Positions 1-13,539 of a DNA stretch of 64,000 nt are shown in pieces. Origin of the DNA: Eledone cirrhosa (lineage: Eukaryota). How positions within the stretch are numbered: the first letter of the stretch is position 1; each line of letters opens with the position of its first letter. The stretch is taken from NCBI GenBank assembly GCA_964016885.1, contig OZ024749.1:1054001-1118000 (forward strand), in the 5' to 3' direction. The translations under genes and the position numbers were made by a program. Below the pieces are notes generated by a model. It ran no database searches. It was not told the origin of the DNA and worked only from the letters and a program-made list of their open reading frames with translations.

Positions 1-56
1 GGGGGAGTAAACTGCCAATTAAATTGTAATATTGGCCTTGAATTTTAAATGTGAAA

Positions 57-165
57 TAATTGTTTCTACGTTAGGCACAAGGCCAGCAATTACCCAGTGT
101 ATTACTGGTACTTTATTTTATCGACCCCGTAAGGATGAAAGGCAAAGTTAACCTCGGCGGGATTT
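57..165 (-). mobile_element. Partial SINE, family A (Nin/Deu-like core)
   Basis: Reverse complement of the 3' part of copies at 9077 and 20875 (gcctttcatccttacggggtcgataaaataaagtaccag). Confidence 0.8.
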
Positions 166-599
166 AAATGTGAAATAATCATAGTCAGTATGATCTTTTT
201 CAGCTCCAAAGGACGTCAACAGAAACACAGCAATATGCTGCATAACATTGCTTCTGAAGAATTGCTTTGTTAGTACGGTCTATAAGTAGTATATGGATAA
301 AAGCTGGAAGGAAGATTAATTTCAAATAGTATCAATTTTTCTTTGTTCTGTAAAATAAAACACTGTAAAATGACTTTATAAAAGCTAACACAATATTGTT
401 AAACCTTCCTATAGATCAAAGGATCTATAGTTTAAGCCATTTCTAGACTTTCGTGGGACGTTACTCTCTCTCTCTCTCTGAATATCTAACACTTTAATTG
501 TATCTCTCTCTTTCTGCCTCTTCCTCTGTGTTTCTCTCTCTTTAAATGTGTATGCATAGCTTTCATGTGATTCAACCAACCAATAAACATCTCTCTTTT

Positions 600-945
600 A
601 TATATAGAGATATATGATGTTTGAAGGCCATGACTATATATAGATATATGATGTTTGAAGGCCATGACTATATATAGATATATGATGTTTGAAGGCCATG
701 ACTATATATAGATATATGATGTTTGGAGGCCATGACTATATATAGAGATATGATGTTTGAAGGCCATGACTATATATAGATATATGATGTTTGAAGGCCA
801 TGACTATATATAGAGATATGATGTTTGAAGGCCATGACTATATATAGATATATGATGTTTGAAGGCCATGACTATATATATAGATATATGATGTTTGAAG
901 GCCATGACTATATATAGAGATATATGATGTTTGAAGGCCATGACA
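600..945. repeat. Minisatellite, ~36-40 bp unit GATATATGATGTTTGAAGGCCATGACTATATATA, ~9 copies
   Basis: Direct tandem repetition. Confidence 0.95.
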
Positions 946-1059
946 ATACGAAATGGAGGAACAAGAAAATAAGATGAAGCAAATTAAATAGGTCTCAATA
1001 TGTAAACTAAACGACTAATCTATTTTAGAATCATTCTTTAAACTATATATGTGTGTGTA

Positions 1060-1735
1060 GTAATGATAATGGGGTTGATAACTGTGTCCGAACACAGAAG
1101 AGCCGAACTCCCACTGTCATCACCTCCATCTAATGGTGTCCCACGTGCTGGCCTACCCACAGCCCCCGCGGACAGAATGGAGAAAAAATTACCCCGGATA
1201 AGGGAGATGCGCTGGAAGAGCCATTCCATCTCGCGAGGCTCACACCTGTGGCCAGCCAGCTCAGTGCCTATGGTGGTAAGTAGGGAAGTAGCCCTAGGGC
1301 CAAGGACACCAGAAGTCCCCACTGCTAGGGGCTCGGCTGCAAACCTGCCGGAGAGCGACCGATACTTGCAGAACTTGCCCTCCTCAGCCCGAAGTGCAAC
1401 AGAACCTGGGTTAGTCGCAGACTGCACCAGGTTGCCACTGGAGAATGTGTTGCTGCAAGTGGCATCCCTGATGAGGGGTTTACCACCGCAGAACGGGAAG
1501 ATGGTCATACTGTCTGGCCTTTTACTGTCCCCTCGGTCCAGCAGGGAGAGGAAGCCTGCAGCATCCAAGCCATGCTTTATGACGTTGTTGAGGGAAGCAT
1601 GGCATGGAAGGCGGCTGGCACAGTAGCGACAGGAAAGTGGGTGGAGGTGGAAAGAGTCCATGGTGGATCCACAGCGACATTTATGTGGCTCGCAGATCTG
1701 GAGACCAAGCCTCAGGGAAACCCCAATGTGCAAGA
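1060..1735 (-). mobile_element. 3' fragment of CRE-like non-LTR retrotransposon (zinc knuckle plus restriction-like endonuclease)
   Basis: ORF 1038-1733: CRCG...HPLSC, KRPD-x-DAT, EE-x-K-xx-KY, FQRISL..RGN, typical of the R2/CRE-group RLE domain; GC-rich island. Confidence 0.75.
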
Positions 1736-2789
1736 CGAAGCAAGATGTTATGTGTTACTTTTTTTTATTTACCTGATATTTTGAGATAACATTTCTTCTT
1801 CGAAGGTTTATAAGAAGGAATGAATCCGATATCGGTAAATGTGCTAAGTCATACTGCCAGAAGTAGTGAACAGAGCTAAAGCGGAAGGGGGGAATAGTGT
1901 TCTATCCCTCTTTTATTTTTACCTATATATATATAATGTATCATCATCATCATTGTTTTTAATGACCACCTTTCTATACTGGCATACGTTGGACCGTATA
2001 TTTTAAGACAGCGTTTTTCCAGCTCAATGCCATTTCTAATGTCAGCTTTTTAGATGCCTCTTACAACATGCAGAGATACAGTTTATCTATTCTAAAAACC
2101 AGGATACACACAATATATATATATCCCATTCCATACACTCTGCCCCTACCTCTCTAATTCCTACACACCTCCTCCGCCAAATTCCCCAGCCCACACTGTG
2201 AAGTGGTCGTGTAGGAGCCACGGCAAAAAGTATCCAGTCTACACTGTAATGTGGTTGGCATTAGAAAGGGCATCCATATGAGTAAGACGTGGTCACCTGA
2301 CCAGATTTGTCTCAAATAGGATAACTGGTCTAACCCATGCTAGCATGGAAAATGGACATTAAATGATGATGAAAGGCCAATGTAAAAACGATGATGATAT
2401 ACATGTACACATATATGTGTGTGTTAAGTATTTCCATAGAAAAGGTGAAGGAAAGAAGAGTGCTCTATGTATAGTAGAGAGCTATTTAATTATATAATAA
2501 ACATATATATACTTGTATATATACATATATATATATGTTCAGATCTAGCTGTCGAAATGGCCGGAGCTCAGCTGTCGGGGTCCTGAGTTACCCTATCACA
2601 CAATTGACGGGGTTACCATTGGTCTCTTGTGTAAAGCACAACTGATCAGACCCATGTTTCATTTCCAATTAATAGCTCTAATATAGATCTCTTATCACAT
2701 GTGGACTATAATGGTACACTCATGTAGTACACACAGAGCTGAGACACACATATAGTACATGCACACACACACAGAGCTGAGCAACACGT

Positions 2790-2839
<50 letters not shown>

Positions 2840-3726
2840 GCTGACACACATGTAGTACACAGACGCACAGACAGAGCCGACACATGCACACACTAATTCA
2901 CAGAACTGACACTAAGGCATCTATATTGAGTGTAACTGAGGTTTAGGTGGTCTCGAGGCTGCATCTCATTGGAAGTTTTTTGTGTGTTTTAATAAAAGAG
3001 ATCTATCATGTTAGTTTTACAATGAGATGTTTGATGAAGATGTTAATTTTTCAGTTTAGGACCTTGATTAAATGAAATGTGGGTTTTGTAATTATTACAG
3101 TTATATGTTGTTTAACCCTTTCATTAGCTTGTGTCTAATAATAAAAGACACTGTTAGATATTTTACTATCATTTAGAAAATAATCAAGAATTTGGAAGGA
3201 TTTAATAATATAACTTTCTCATTATTAAGCTGGTGTTTGGAGCATAATTCTTATATACAATTATAAGTTTTTAGATAAATATACACTATAAAGTGTTCGT
3301 TTTCGTTCCATGACAAAAAGCACCCAGCCCAGACTGTAAAGTGGTCATGTTGGTGACACAACAAATAGTGCCCGGTCAACATTGTAAATGAAGTTGGCAT
3401 TAGGAAGGGCATCCAGCTGTAGAAACTAAGCCAGAAACAGTTTGGCATGAGCAAGACACAGTTATCTGATCAGACTTGTTTCACAATGGGACAACCTGTC
3501 TAACCCATGCTTAGCATAGAAAATGGACATGAAGCAGTGATAATGATAATATAGTCCAACTCTAGCAAGTAAAACAATCTTTAAATGATGATAATGATGA
3601 ACACTGTAAAACAAACAGTTTTGTATTGTAAAATGAGGGGCAGTTTCAGGCAGTCCCAATTAGGTTGAATGAAATGTAGGTTTTGTAGTTGTCATAGTTG
3701 TTGTCCAAGGCAATGATAGGAAATAA

Positions 3727-3897
3727 TATTTCTACTTTCGGCACAAGGCCAGCAATCACCCCAGTGCATTATTGGTGATTTATTTTATCGACCCTGTAAG
3801 GCAAAGTTAACCTGGTGGGATTTGAACTCAGAACATAAAGGGCCATAACTCCTATGCTGCAAAGCATGGTGTCTGACGCTCTACCGATACTGTCAAT
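3727..3897 (-). mobile_element. tRNA-derived SINE, family A
   Basis: Inverted homologue of 9077-9260. Confidence 0.8.
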
Positions 3898-4078
3898 AAT
3901 GACAAGACAGCAAAATAGGAAATTAATTTATAATAAGATGCTTTGTTGCTCGTTTAAGCTTTAATGAAGACATTAGGATAGATGAGATCTTTTACAATGA
4001 CAATAATTCCTCTGGTCTAAAGAGAGGAAGGTTTAGTGCTTACATGAACCAGGAATTGTGGGTAAGGAGAGTGAGTCA

Positions 4079-4380
4079 AGTAGCATACACCACCACCACC
4101 ACCACCACCAGTAGCATACACCACCACCACCACCACCACCAGTAGCATACACCACCACCACCACCACCAGTAGCCTACACCACCACCACCACTACCAGTA
4201 GCCTACACCACCACCACCACCATACACCGCCACCACCACCACCACCACCAGTAGCATACACCACCACCACCACTACCAGTAGCATACACCACCACCACCA
4301 CCAGCAGTAGCACCACCACCATGACTGCTAGCAACAACAGCAACAATAACACCACCACCACCAGCAGCAGCAGCAACAGC
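4079..4380. repeat. Compound (CCA)n / AGTAGCATAC minisatellite
   Basis: Tandem repetition. Confidence 0.9.
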
Positions 4381-4719
4381 TGTAGTTGCAGTCGACCAGA
4401 GTAGTTGGTTACAGCTCAGTGTGTTATTGTCTATTAATTGGAGAGTTTGTACATATTCTTTTACTGGTTTCAGTCACTGGACTGTGGCCATGCTGGGGCA
4501 CTTCATTGAAAGGTTTTTAGCTGATTATATCAACCCCAATACTTTTTTTTTCAAGTATGATACTAGTTTGTGGACTGGTCAATTTCAAAGACAAAGCAAT
4601 GGTCAGCCAGTGGCTGTAGTAGCAGATACTTGATCAATATGCCCTGCAGTGGTTGTGTAACTCCCAAAACCCACAGCTATGCCTGTACCTAATGATAAAC
4701 TATCAAGTGTCTAATCATG

Positions 4720-4850
4720 AAGGTGTATGGCTTAGTGGTTAGGGTGGTTTGGTTCATGAGAAGGTTTGAAGTTGGATTCCAGGTGGCATGTTGTGTCCTT
4801 GAGCAAGACACTTTATTTAACATTGCTCCAGTCCATTCAGTTGCATCTGT
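4720..4850 (+). mobile_element. Old tRNA-derived SINE head, family B
   Basis: tggcttagtggtt A-box-like start and ccttgagcaagacactttat core shared with 12303. Confidence 0.65.
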
Positions 4851-5476
4851 AATAATTAAAAAAGCCAGCCTCGTCTCAAAGTTTGTCAAGTTGAGTCAGT
4901 TGTAGCTAATTTCAGGAATAGGTTGTTTTAATAGTTAACGGGAATGGTTACCACCAGAACTGACACACACACCTTGTCCAAAACACACACACATGTCCAA
5001 AACATACACACACACACACACTCCTTGTCAAAAACACACACATGTCCAAAACACACATACACACACACACGTGTAGCCATTTAATATTGAATTAATGCAA
5101 AACATTATCATCAATTAATCCAACAATAAAATTAATACAAATTGTCTGATGAATTAAATGTCTTCAACATCTCCCAATCTTTGATGTAAAGATCAACCTT
5201 GCCCCTATTTTATGTCTGAGAAAATCCAAACCCCATTTATAAGCCTAGACAGGTAATTAACATGTTTCGAATGTGTGGTTTAGAAATTGTCGTGAGTGGA
5301 GAATATATTTGTAAAGTTTTAATATTTTGATATTTAAAATGCTTTCAATATCATTTAGAGTAAAGTTTTTGTTTCACAACTCCATTTAGTGATTTTTTTT
5401 ACCAATTTCCAACCATTTTGAAGGCCATATTCATTGAAAACATAAAAAAACAATAGGAAATATGAATTTCATGTCA

Positions 5477-5703
5477 AAAGTGAAACTGGTGTAATATTCA
5501 CCGCCAAAGTGAAACTGGTGTAATATTCACCGCCAAAGTGAAACTGGTGTAATATTCACCGCCAAAGTGAAACTGGTGTAATATTCACCGCCAAAGTGAA
5601 ACTGGTGTAATATTCACCTCCAAAGTGAAACTGGTGTAATATTCACCGCCAAAGTGAAACTGGTGTAATATTCACCGCTAAAGTGAAACTGGTGTAATAT
5701 TCA
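5477..5703. repeat. 30-bp minisatellite AAAGTGAAACTGGTGTAATATTCACCGCCA-type, ~7.5 copies
   Basis: Near-perfect tandem copies. Confidence 0.95.
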
Positions 5704-6354
5704 TCTCTAAAACAAAAATATTTTATCACCTCATTTACATAGAATTTTGCAGTTGGTGAAAATCAGTAAAATATTGTCTGAATATAAACTGAATCCCTAT
5801 TTTACCATATTTTCTTTTTTTTTACACATTTCTACGAGTATATATGGCAACTTAAAATTATAGGATGTGTCTTTTATTAGAAATATAGTAACAAAAGGGT
5901 TAAAGTGTTTCAACTTGATACTTTTACCTGACTCCACCACCCTACCTCCTCACTAACTATGTTCAGGTAGGTGTCATTAAAAAACAGTTGATCTGCCATG
6001 TTATGCCTGACATAAGTAGGTGTTCTTTTTAATGCTATTTCTTTATTGCTATCCTACTGTATATATTGTCACCATTAAAACAACATGTTACGAAGACAAA
6101 TATTTATCGTTTTTCTCTAATTATCTATTTATTGAAAATTGTCAAACATAATAACCATTTTTATTGGTAAAGAGGAGAATTTAGTCTGATACTGCGACTC
6201 CCTACACAATGCTGCCCCATGAAAATGATTGCAATTCTGGCATTTTCAAAGGAAATGTAATTTATTGGTTTGAAATTAAATATTTTGATTAACCCCAACC
6301 TTTTCATTTTTCTAGTTCTGAAAAACAGTCCAGGAATTTCAACTTCTTCACCCA

Positions 6355-6660
6355 CTTATTCCTGAGAGGGCCATGGGGCAGAGCCCTCAAACACTATCAG
6401 AAGCAACCATCTCCAACTGATCCAGCTGGATCCCCAAACGCGACCAGCGTTCGATGTTATCCAACCATCTTGCTGAAGGTCTACCCCTGGGTCTCTTGCC
6501 AGTTGGTTTTGCCCATAATAGTATCAGAGTAGTGGCTCTACCTGGAGTGACTCTGATCTCCGAGCAATGTACTCTATTGAGTAACGTTAATCCAAAGACC
6601 CTTTGGAGGAACCCCATTTTGGCTGCTTGTATTGGCTTTTACACCTACCTCCCTTCTGAT
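6355..6660 (-). mobile_element. Degenerate RTE/RTEX-like LINE 3' fragment
   Basis: GKRPRGRPSARWLD motif; homologous to 57690-58480. Confidence 0.65.
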
Positions 6661-9076
6661 TACTGAATGCTGGAGTTTCAACCCATTTTGTAAATAATCA
6701 AGTATTTGTCGAGATTAAGTAATATAAACTTTCAACTATTGAGCTACCCTTCTTGTTATTTGTTGAGGTCAACTTTGCCTTTCATCCTTTTGAGGTTCAT
6801 AAAGTAAAATAGCAGTCATGTTGATTTAATCAATTTTTTCCCTCCTCCCAAAATGTTGACATTGTGCCTAAATTAGAAACCATCATAATCTGGTGTTTGA
6901 AACACAACTTAAAGGTGCTTACATGAAATTACAATGCAAGGTTTTTGTGGTTGGCATTAGGAATGGCATCTAGCCATAGAAACCAAGCCCCAAACAGACC
7001 CATATGAGTAAGATATAGTCACTTGACCTGACCTGGCTAGTCTCATAATGTGACAACCCATCTAACCCATGCATACATGGAAAATAGATGTTAAATGGTG
7101 GTAGTGATGATAAACACTCTAAAACAAACAGTTCTGTATCAGAAGTAGAGATAGTTTCAGAGTTTCGTATCAAAAGGGTTAAATAAACTACATTATAAAA
7201 AATAAAATCTTTATTCGTTGAAAATTGTCAAGTATAATAACTATTTCGTTGGTAGAACAGAGAATTTGGTTTATTACTGAGATTCTCCTCAGTACTGCCA
7301 AAGGAAAATGATTGCAATTCTATCATTTTCAAAAGGAATTCTATTTATTGATTTGAAGATAAATATTTGGGTTAATAGTGTATTTTTCCATATTCAACAT
7401 ATGTAATTTATCTATTCAATATCATAATTCCATTTCTCTCTCTTGAAACTTTGTACACCGTTATTCTAGATGGTTCATTAAGAAAGCTGAATATTCTGTG
7501 GCTTCAGGATAAATTGTGCCAATTCTCAGAATAATATGAAACCCCAACTGAGATGTGTCTTGGTCAATTATTAGGTGAAAATATCTAATATTTATGAAAT
7601 CAGCCTCCTACCCCTATTGTCATATACATAAAATTAGGTAAGTGATTCTGGTGGCAGTTAATAACCAGAGTATTCTCCAAGACTTATTAATTATTTCATT
7701 CAATGGAATAAATTGCAGTTACCACCTCAACACGGTTTAACTAGACAGCAATTGTTAACATTGCCATTTAAGCAGAGCAAGAATTCTTGCCAGAATAAAA
7801 TGTTTGTAAATAGAAAACTGCATCTAAAGAACAGCACTCTTCAAGGCCACAAGGTAACAGAGTAATTAGAATGTTTAATGGTCTTTATTCCTGCTTTCTG
7901 TGCTCTAAATACAAATCCTGAAATGGTCAGGGTTGATAAAATAAAGTCAAATTCTGAGATCAATTCTTTCTCTATTTTACAGGAAGAAATCAGCTGTGTT
8001 CAGAAGTAGAAACTGATGCGCTCAACCAGGTATAAAATACCAAAGACATGATAACATCAACCCACAACTCCATCAGGGGGTATGGGCTGATGTATAAATA
8101 GATGGATTTTTATAGGATAACTGGTCATTAAAATATGTAAAGAATCTTTTATTTTTTCACTCTAAACCACTTGAAACTACAACACTAAGCTGTTTTAAAG
8201 TTGTAAGAACTTTTCTGAAGTTATGCTCCAGACATTAGTTTGATAATGAGAAAATTCTCAATTATTTCCCAAATCATAGGCTGCCTGAAACTCTCCCTGG
8301 TTGTATGATACAAAACTAATTTCCATCATAGTTTTATATAACATTTGATATGTTCTAAACACCAGCTTAATAATGAGAAATTTAGTTATATTATAAAATC
8401 CCTCCAAATTCTCGATTATTTTCAAAATAATTTGAAAATTTAAAGCAGAACCCTTTCGCATTTAAACTGTCTTGGGGATTCTCGGTTAATGAACCGTCTG
8501 TATGGAAGAGTGGCCCAATCTTGCAGTGTACTGAGGCAGTCTCTTTTTTTCTCTACATTTTCTTCTTTGCCTATTTATTGCTGGGATGGTTGTGAGGGCA
8601 GAGTCCTCAAAGTGTTAATAAAATAAAATGCCAGTTTAGTGTGGCACTTTCAAATGAAACTTCAAAGTTTCAGTCACTTTTCTACTTAGAAAATAAAATT
8701 TATACTCTACTCACAAGTATTGAGTAGCTCATTCAATTACTGTTTATGGTATTTTAAACACACATTCTAATATACATACATATATACACACACACACACA
8801 CACAGATATCTCAATCAATATCAATGACTATAAAATATCTTTTCAGTGTGTTTCTAATTTCTTGAAAATATATAATTTATTTTCAAATAGCAAAACAAGA
8901 TAGGAGCCCCCCCCCCCCTCCTCTGCCCACTAAAAAATGGAAAAACTAAATAAGCAGTAGAAAACATTAATGCCATTTTTCGTTTTCTTGGAAAACATTT
9001 GAGATGTAAAAAATCTCACCACCCTCTAAAATAGAAAAAAAGTCCATAGAAAAATAAGCCAAACTCATTATTTTAC

Positions 9077-9260
9077 GGATTGGCAGTATCGGTAGAGGGT
9101 TGGACGCCATGCTTTGCAGCACAGTTACGTCCCTTTACAGACTGAGTTCAAATCCCGCCGAGGTTAACTTTGTCTTTCATCCTTACGGCGTCGATAAAAT
9201 AAAGTACCAGTAATACACTGGAATAATTGCTGGCCTTGTGCCAAAAGTAGAAACAATTAT
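9077..9260 (+). mobile_element. tRNA-derived SINE, family A (Nin/Deu-like core)
   Basis: A-box-like tggcagtatcggtag, B-box gagttcaaatcc, core ctttcatccttacggcgtcgataaaataaagtaccag; multiple copies in window. Confidence 0.85.
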
Positions 9261-10239
9261 TTTACAATGAACTCAACTGAAAAGGAATCTAAAGAAATTA
9301 TAAAAAAAATACCCACAGCAAATAACTTTCTCTTTTAGTCTTTTACTCATTAATTTCCTGGTTTTAGTCATTAGACTATGGCCATGCTGGAGCACCACCT
9401 TAAGGTTCCTCTCAAAGGCGATGACACAGGACAGAGACCTCTGGCACTAAGCAGTAATACAGAAAGCCAGACTTCCTACAGGTACAAGCTAAATTAAAGC
9501 ATATAGACAGTATGTCCCCACCGCCTCCCACAGTAAAAAGCACCCAGCACTCACTTTAAATGAGGTTGGTGTTAGAAAGGGCAACCAGCTGTAGAAATAA
9601 AACCCAAATCAGTTCTGTATGAGCAAGGCAAGGTCACCTGACCTGGCATTTCCCACAACAGGACAACCCATGCTGGCGTGGAAGAGTGGACATAAAATGG
9701 TGATGATGATGATATTGACCACAGTTATTAATATTTTCTTAAAGTCTGGGATTTATTTTATCTCCTTGTTGAACCACTAATATATATATATATAACACAC
9801 ACACATATATATATATATATATACGGTAACACGGCCCCACTATGAGTGAGGCATGCCACGACCAGACATCCCTCATAATGGGATCACCCAGTTCCCAAAC
9901 TACGGTTCCAATGTGAGAAGGGTATGGTGCGGCCAACTGGCCAGACCCTCTTCACAATAGTGCCAACTAGTCCACACAGCATAATGTGGTTGGCGGTAGG
10001 AAGGGCATCCAGCAGCCGTAAAAACCCAGCCCAAACATGAACCCACTATGAGCAAGGCCAACTGGCCAGACGTCCCTCATAATGGGACAACCCAGCTCCC
10101 AAATTATGGTTCTGATATGAGCAGGGTATGGTGTGGTCAACAAGCCTGACATTCCTCATAATGGTGCAACAACTTATCTCATGACATGGGGGGCCCATCT
10201 AACCCATGCAAGCATGGAAAAATAGACGTTAAACGGTGA

Positions 10240-10276
<37 letters not shown>

Positions 10277-10284
10277 CATACATA

Positions 10285-11176
10285 CAGAGTGCGGACGATA
10301 TTTGTTCGCAATTTTCAACTGTTAATTTTATGCAATTTTTTTTTACTTCCGTTGTCACTCTTGTCTTCATAAAAACAGTGACTATATTTCCATTATTTAT
10401 TTTCAGAATAATTGATTATGAATAATTTTGAACCTCCAAATTTGGGGAAGAGACACGGAGTTCTTCTTGGAATCCGTGCTGGGAGGACAAATAAGACCAG
10501 AAGATCAACTCCCAGAACAACAGGTGGCTCGCTGTCTCATCCAAAGACGTGCCCAGAGTCATGCAGACAAAGTTTCCAGCGACAACATTGGTCTTAGGTG
10601 TTGTCAGCAGTCAAGGTGACGTCATGCCACCTCACTTCATCCCTGAGGGCCTCAAGCTGAACACCAATGGCTACATCCACGTTGTGAGCGAGGTAGTAAA
10701 GCCCTGGATCGACCAGGTAGCTGCAGGTAGGCCGTACGTGTGGCAGCAAGACTCAGCGCCCTGCTATACCAGCCGAAAGACCCAAGCCTGGCTGTCAGAG
10801 AACTTCGTCGACCACACTTCACCTGACATCTGGCCTCCCAGCTCGCCTGACTGCAACCCCCTCGACTTCTTTGTGTGAGGCACAGTGGAACGAGACACCA
10901 ACAGATCTAGCTGCAATACGAAAGACGATCTGAAGGCCAGGATCACAAGTGCCTTTAGGGGCCTAAGTCAGGGGACAGTGACGAAGGCCTGTAGCCGGTT
11001 CTGAGGCCGCCTTGAGGCCGTCATCAAAGCCAATGGCGGATTTATCAAGCGAGATCGAAAGAACAAGTCATGAAGATAAACTGACTCAAGTTTGATAAAT
11101 AAATCTTAAAAAATAAAACTACTGTGTTATTTTTTCCTAGACAGTAATCTTGCAAAGAGATATAGTCCGCACCCTG
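10285..11176 (+). mobile_element. Internally deleted Tc1/mariner DNA transposon, DD37D (maT-type) transposase remnant
   Basis: TA-flanked imperfect TIRs (CAGAGTGCGGAC... / ...GTCCGCACCCTG); WQQDSAP...WPPSSPDCNPLD with 37 residues between the last two Asp; premature stop. Confidence 0.88.
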
Positions 11177-11367
11177 TATATATATATAAATACTTTTCAT
11201 ATTTGTCCTCATCCAATTTAGGACATCAAAGTCAAAAATATACATACATCTTTTTACAAGTAAGGTAAAAAAAAAACAAAAAAAAAAAAACAACTGAAAT
11301 ATAGACTAGTTTTTTCTGAAATTCTAAAATGTTAGTAATTATAATATAAAAAAAGGTCAGCACCTAC

Positions 11368-11426
11368 CTGATATGTGTTATCAAAGCTATCATACATGAA
11401 CCTAGTTATCAGTGATGTCTTGCCAA
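11368..11426 (-). CDS. RAB6: Internal coding exon of Rab6 small GTPase (end of P-loop to switch I; equivalent to vertebrate RAB6A exon 2)
   Basis: Minus strand reads ttgtttaatttcag|TTGGCAAGACATCACTG...ACATATCAG|gtaggt: canonical AG/GT ends, 59 nt, encoding (V)GKTSLITRFMYDSFDNTYQ, the diagnostic Rab6 peptide. Confidence 0.93.
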
Positions 11427-11487
11427 CTGAAATTAAACAAGAAATGCAATTAAAATCATGGTAAACAGTAAAAGTAAGATGAAAGGT

Positions 11488-11531
<44 letters not shown>

Positions 11532-11538
11532 GAAAGGT

Positions 11539-11611
<73 letters not shown>

Positions 11612-12302
11612 TGGTTGTGGTATGGGTTTGTCGTGAATGGTAGTTGAGAGGGTTGTAAGAATGAAAATTTCCTTGGTATGTCCTTATGGGAGGGAAGTTG
11701 CAATGTCCATCCTGGGGGGATGATGATTTCTTATTTCTTTGTATTTTGCTGGGGTACCCATGGCTGTGTGGTTGGGTTAAGAAGTAAGGGTTATGTTTTG
11801 TCTTTTTTTTTGGAAGGGGATAAGGTTGTGTTTTTTTGCTGGCTGTGGAAATGTGTCTAAGTGGTGTTAAGATTTTCTTATTCTTATGAATGGGTTGCTG
11901 GAAGCATATTCTGTTTGAAAGACCGTTTCATAGTTTAGAAAGCCTAAACAACTATTGGCTGAAACTGGTACAATAAATTGCTTTTTTAAAATAAATGTTT
12001 TGCTGTTATTCTATGAGAAAATACCATCAGCATTTTCTCCTGTTCTTTTTATTTTCATTATATATAAATATATTATAATTGAATATAAAAGAAAAACGAC
12101 CACAGATATATACATATATGTGTTCAAATCGCAAGGGACCAGATTCGCTAAGGTGAAAAGAATACTAACTATAGACAATAGGGTTTGCCTGACTCAATTT
12201 TCAGAATAAATCAAGAAAATAAATACAAACTGGAATTGTGGTAACTACCAATCACCCAGACAGCTTTTGGTAATGCTGTTTCGCAATATTAATTGTGAAT
12301 AT

Positions 12303-12642
12303 GGAGGCACATGGCTTAGTGGTTAGAGCATTGGCCTTGCAATCGAAAGGTTGTGAGTTCAATTCTCAGACCGGATGATGTGTTGTTTCCTTGAGCAAGA
12401 CACTTTATTTCACATTGCTCCAGTTTACTCAGCTGTAGAAATGAGAGGATAGGGACTGGGGTCCCTATAATTCCACTGCAAAGTGGTCGTGGAGGTGCCA
12501 CGGCAAAAAAGCACCCAGCACTCACTGTAAATGAGGTTGGTGTAGGAAGGGCATCCAGCTGTAGAAATCAAGCCAGAATCAGTTCCCGTCCCACCCTTGC
12601 AAGCAGGGAAAAGCGGATGTAAAATGATGATGATGATGATGA
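12303..12642 (+). mobile_element. tRNA-derived SINE, family B, with RTE-derived 3' tail and (ATG)n end
   Basis: tggcttagtggttagagca...gagttcaattc head; tail cccacccttgcaagcagggaaaagcgga..taaaatgatgatg matches the RTE end at 43795-43845. Confidence 0.9.
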
Positions 12643-13158
12643 ATAAAAATGCCAATTCATGCTTATTAGTGGGTGAAGAATTAGTATCCTAGACACTTCT
12701 AAGTATATTAAGAAACTGAATATTGTGTTTATATAAATAACGCATATGGTATCCGAACTTAGCGCGTCTCACAAACTTACACCACTAAAAATAGCAGCCA
12801 GGTTTATTCGACATTTGAATTAGCTCAACAAATTAATGGAGCCGAATATATCAAAGGTATATATTTAGTTAGAAACTCAAAATAGTCTCTTACAATAAAA
12901 TAGCTCTAAGAAAGAGAATTTTTCAGAGCCGTATATTATAATTGAATATAAAAGAAAAATGAACACAGATATATAGATATATGTGTTCAAATCGCAAGGG
13001 ATCAGATTTGCTAAGGTGAAAAGAATACTAACTATAGACAATAGAGTTTGCCTGACTCAATTTTAAGAATAAAACAAGAAAATAAATATAAATATAAATA
13101 TTTTCTTGATTTATTATTAAAATTGAGTCAGGCAAACCCTATTGTCTACAGTTAGTAT

Positions 13159-13533
13159 TCTTCAAAATGCTTTTAATTAAGCATACAGTGTATTGCAAAA
13201 TACACTGTATATACATTCATAAATATATCGCTATTTCAGAGCACCAATTCTAATTTACAATTTCTGCTGGACCGGCAACTGCTCTGTTTAATCAGTTCCT
13301 GATTATTACTGGAATTCTATAAGAATCCAACACACATAATTTTCAGCAAACAGGAGGGGTAGTGAACTTTGATAAGTACCAAAAAGTACGAAACAGAGCT
13401 CTGTCAGTTTATCTCCCCTGTTTGCTGAAGATTTAAATAAGTGACATTGTCACTATTTTAAAACAATAGCGCATGGTCTTCAAAATGTTTTTAATTAAGC
13501 ATACAGTGTATTGCAAAATACACTATATATACA

Positions 13534-13539
<6 letters not shown>
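13159..13539 (+). mobile_element. Retrozyme-like / solo Penelope pLTR unit (318-nt period, 63-nt terminal direct repeat)
   Basis: 13159-13221 repeated at 13477-13539; contains a hammerhead fold; ends in (TA)n. Confidence 0.6.
13362..13412 (+). ncRNA. Type I hammerhead ribozyme, U3-A8 core variant
   Basis: GTGAACT-TTGATAA-GTAC(CAAAAA)GTAC-GAAA-CAG(AGCT)CTG-TC^-AGTTTAT; stems I, II and III all pair. Confidence 0.8.

Noticed and set aside
1051-1626. 191-aa plus-strand ORF
   Set aside because: Antisense shadow of the CRE-like endonuclease ORF.
11930-11975. AGCC..GGCT-GAAA-CTGG-TA partial hammerhead (similar remnants at 26820-26870 minus and 46689-46720)
   Set aside because: One half of the catalytic core is missing or unrecognisable; at best fossils.
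12305-12375. tRNA-like sequence (also 30380, 9077, 20875)
   Set aside because: A/B boxes run directly into SINE bodies and no complete acceptor stem forms: SINE heads, not tRNA genes.
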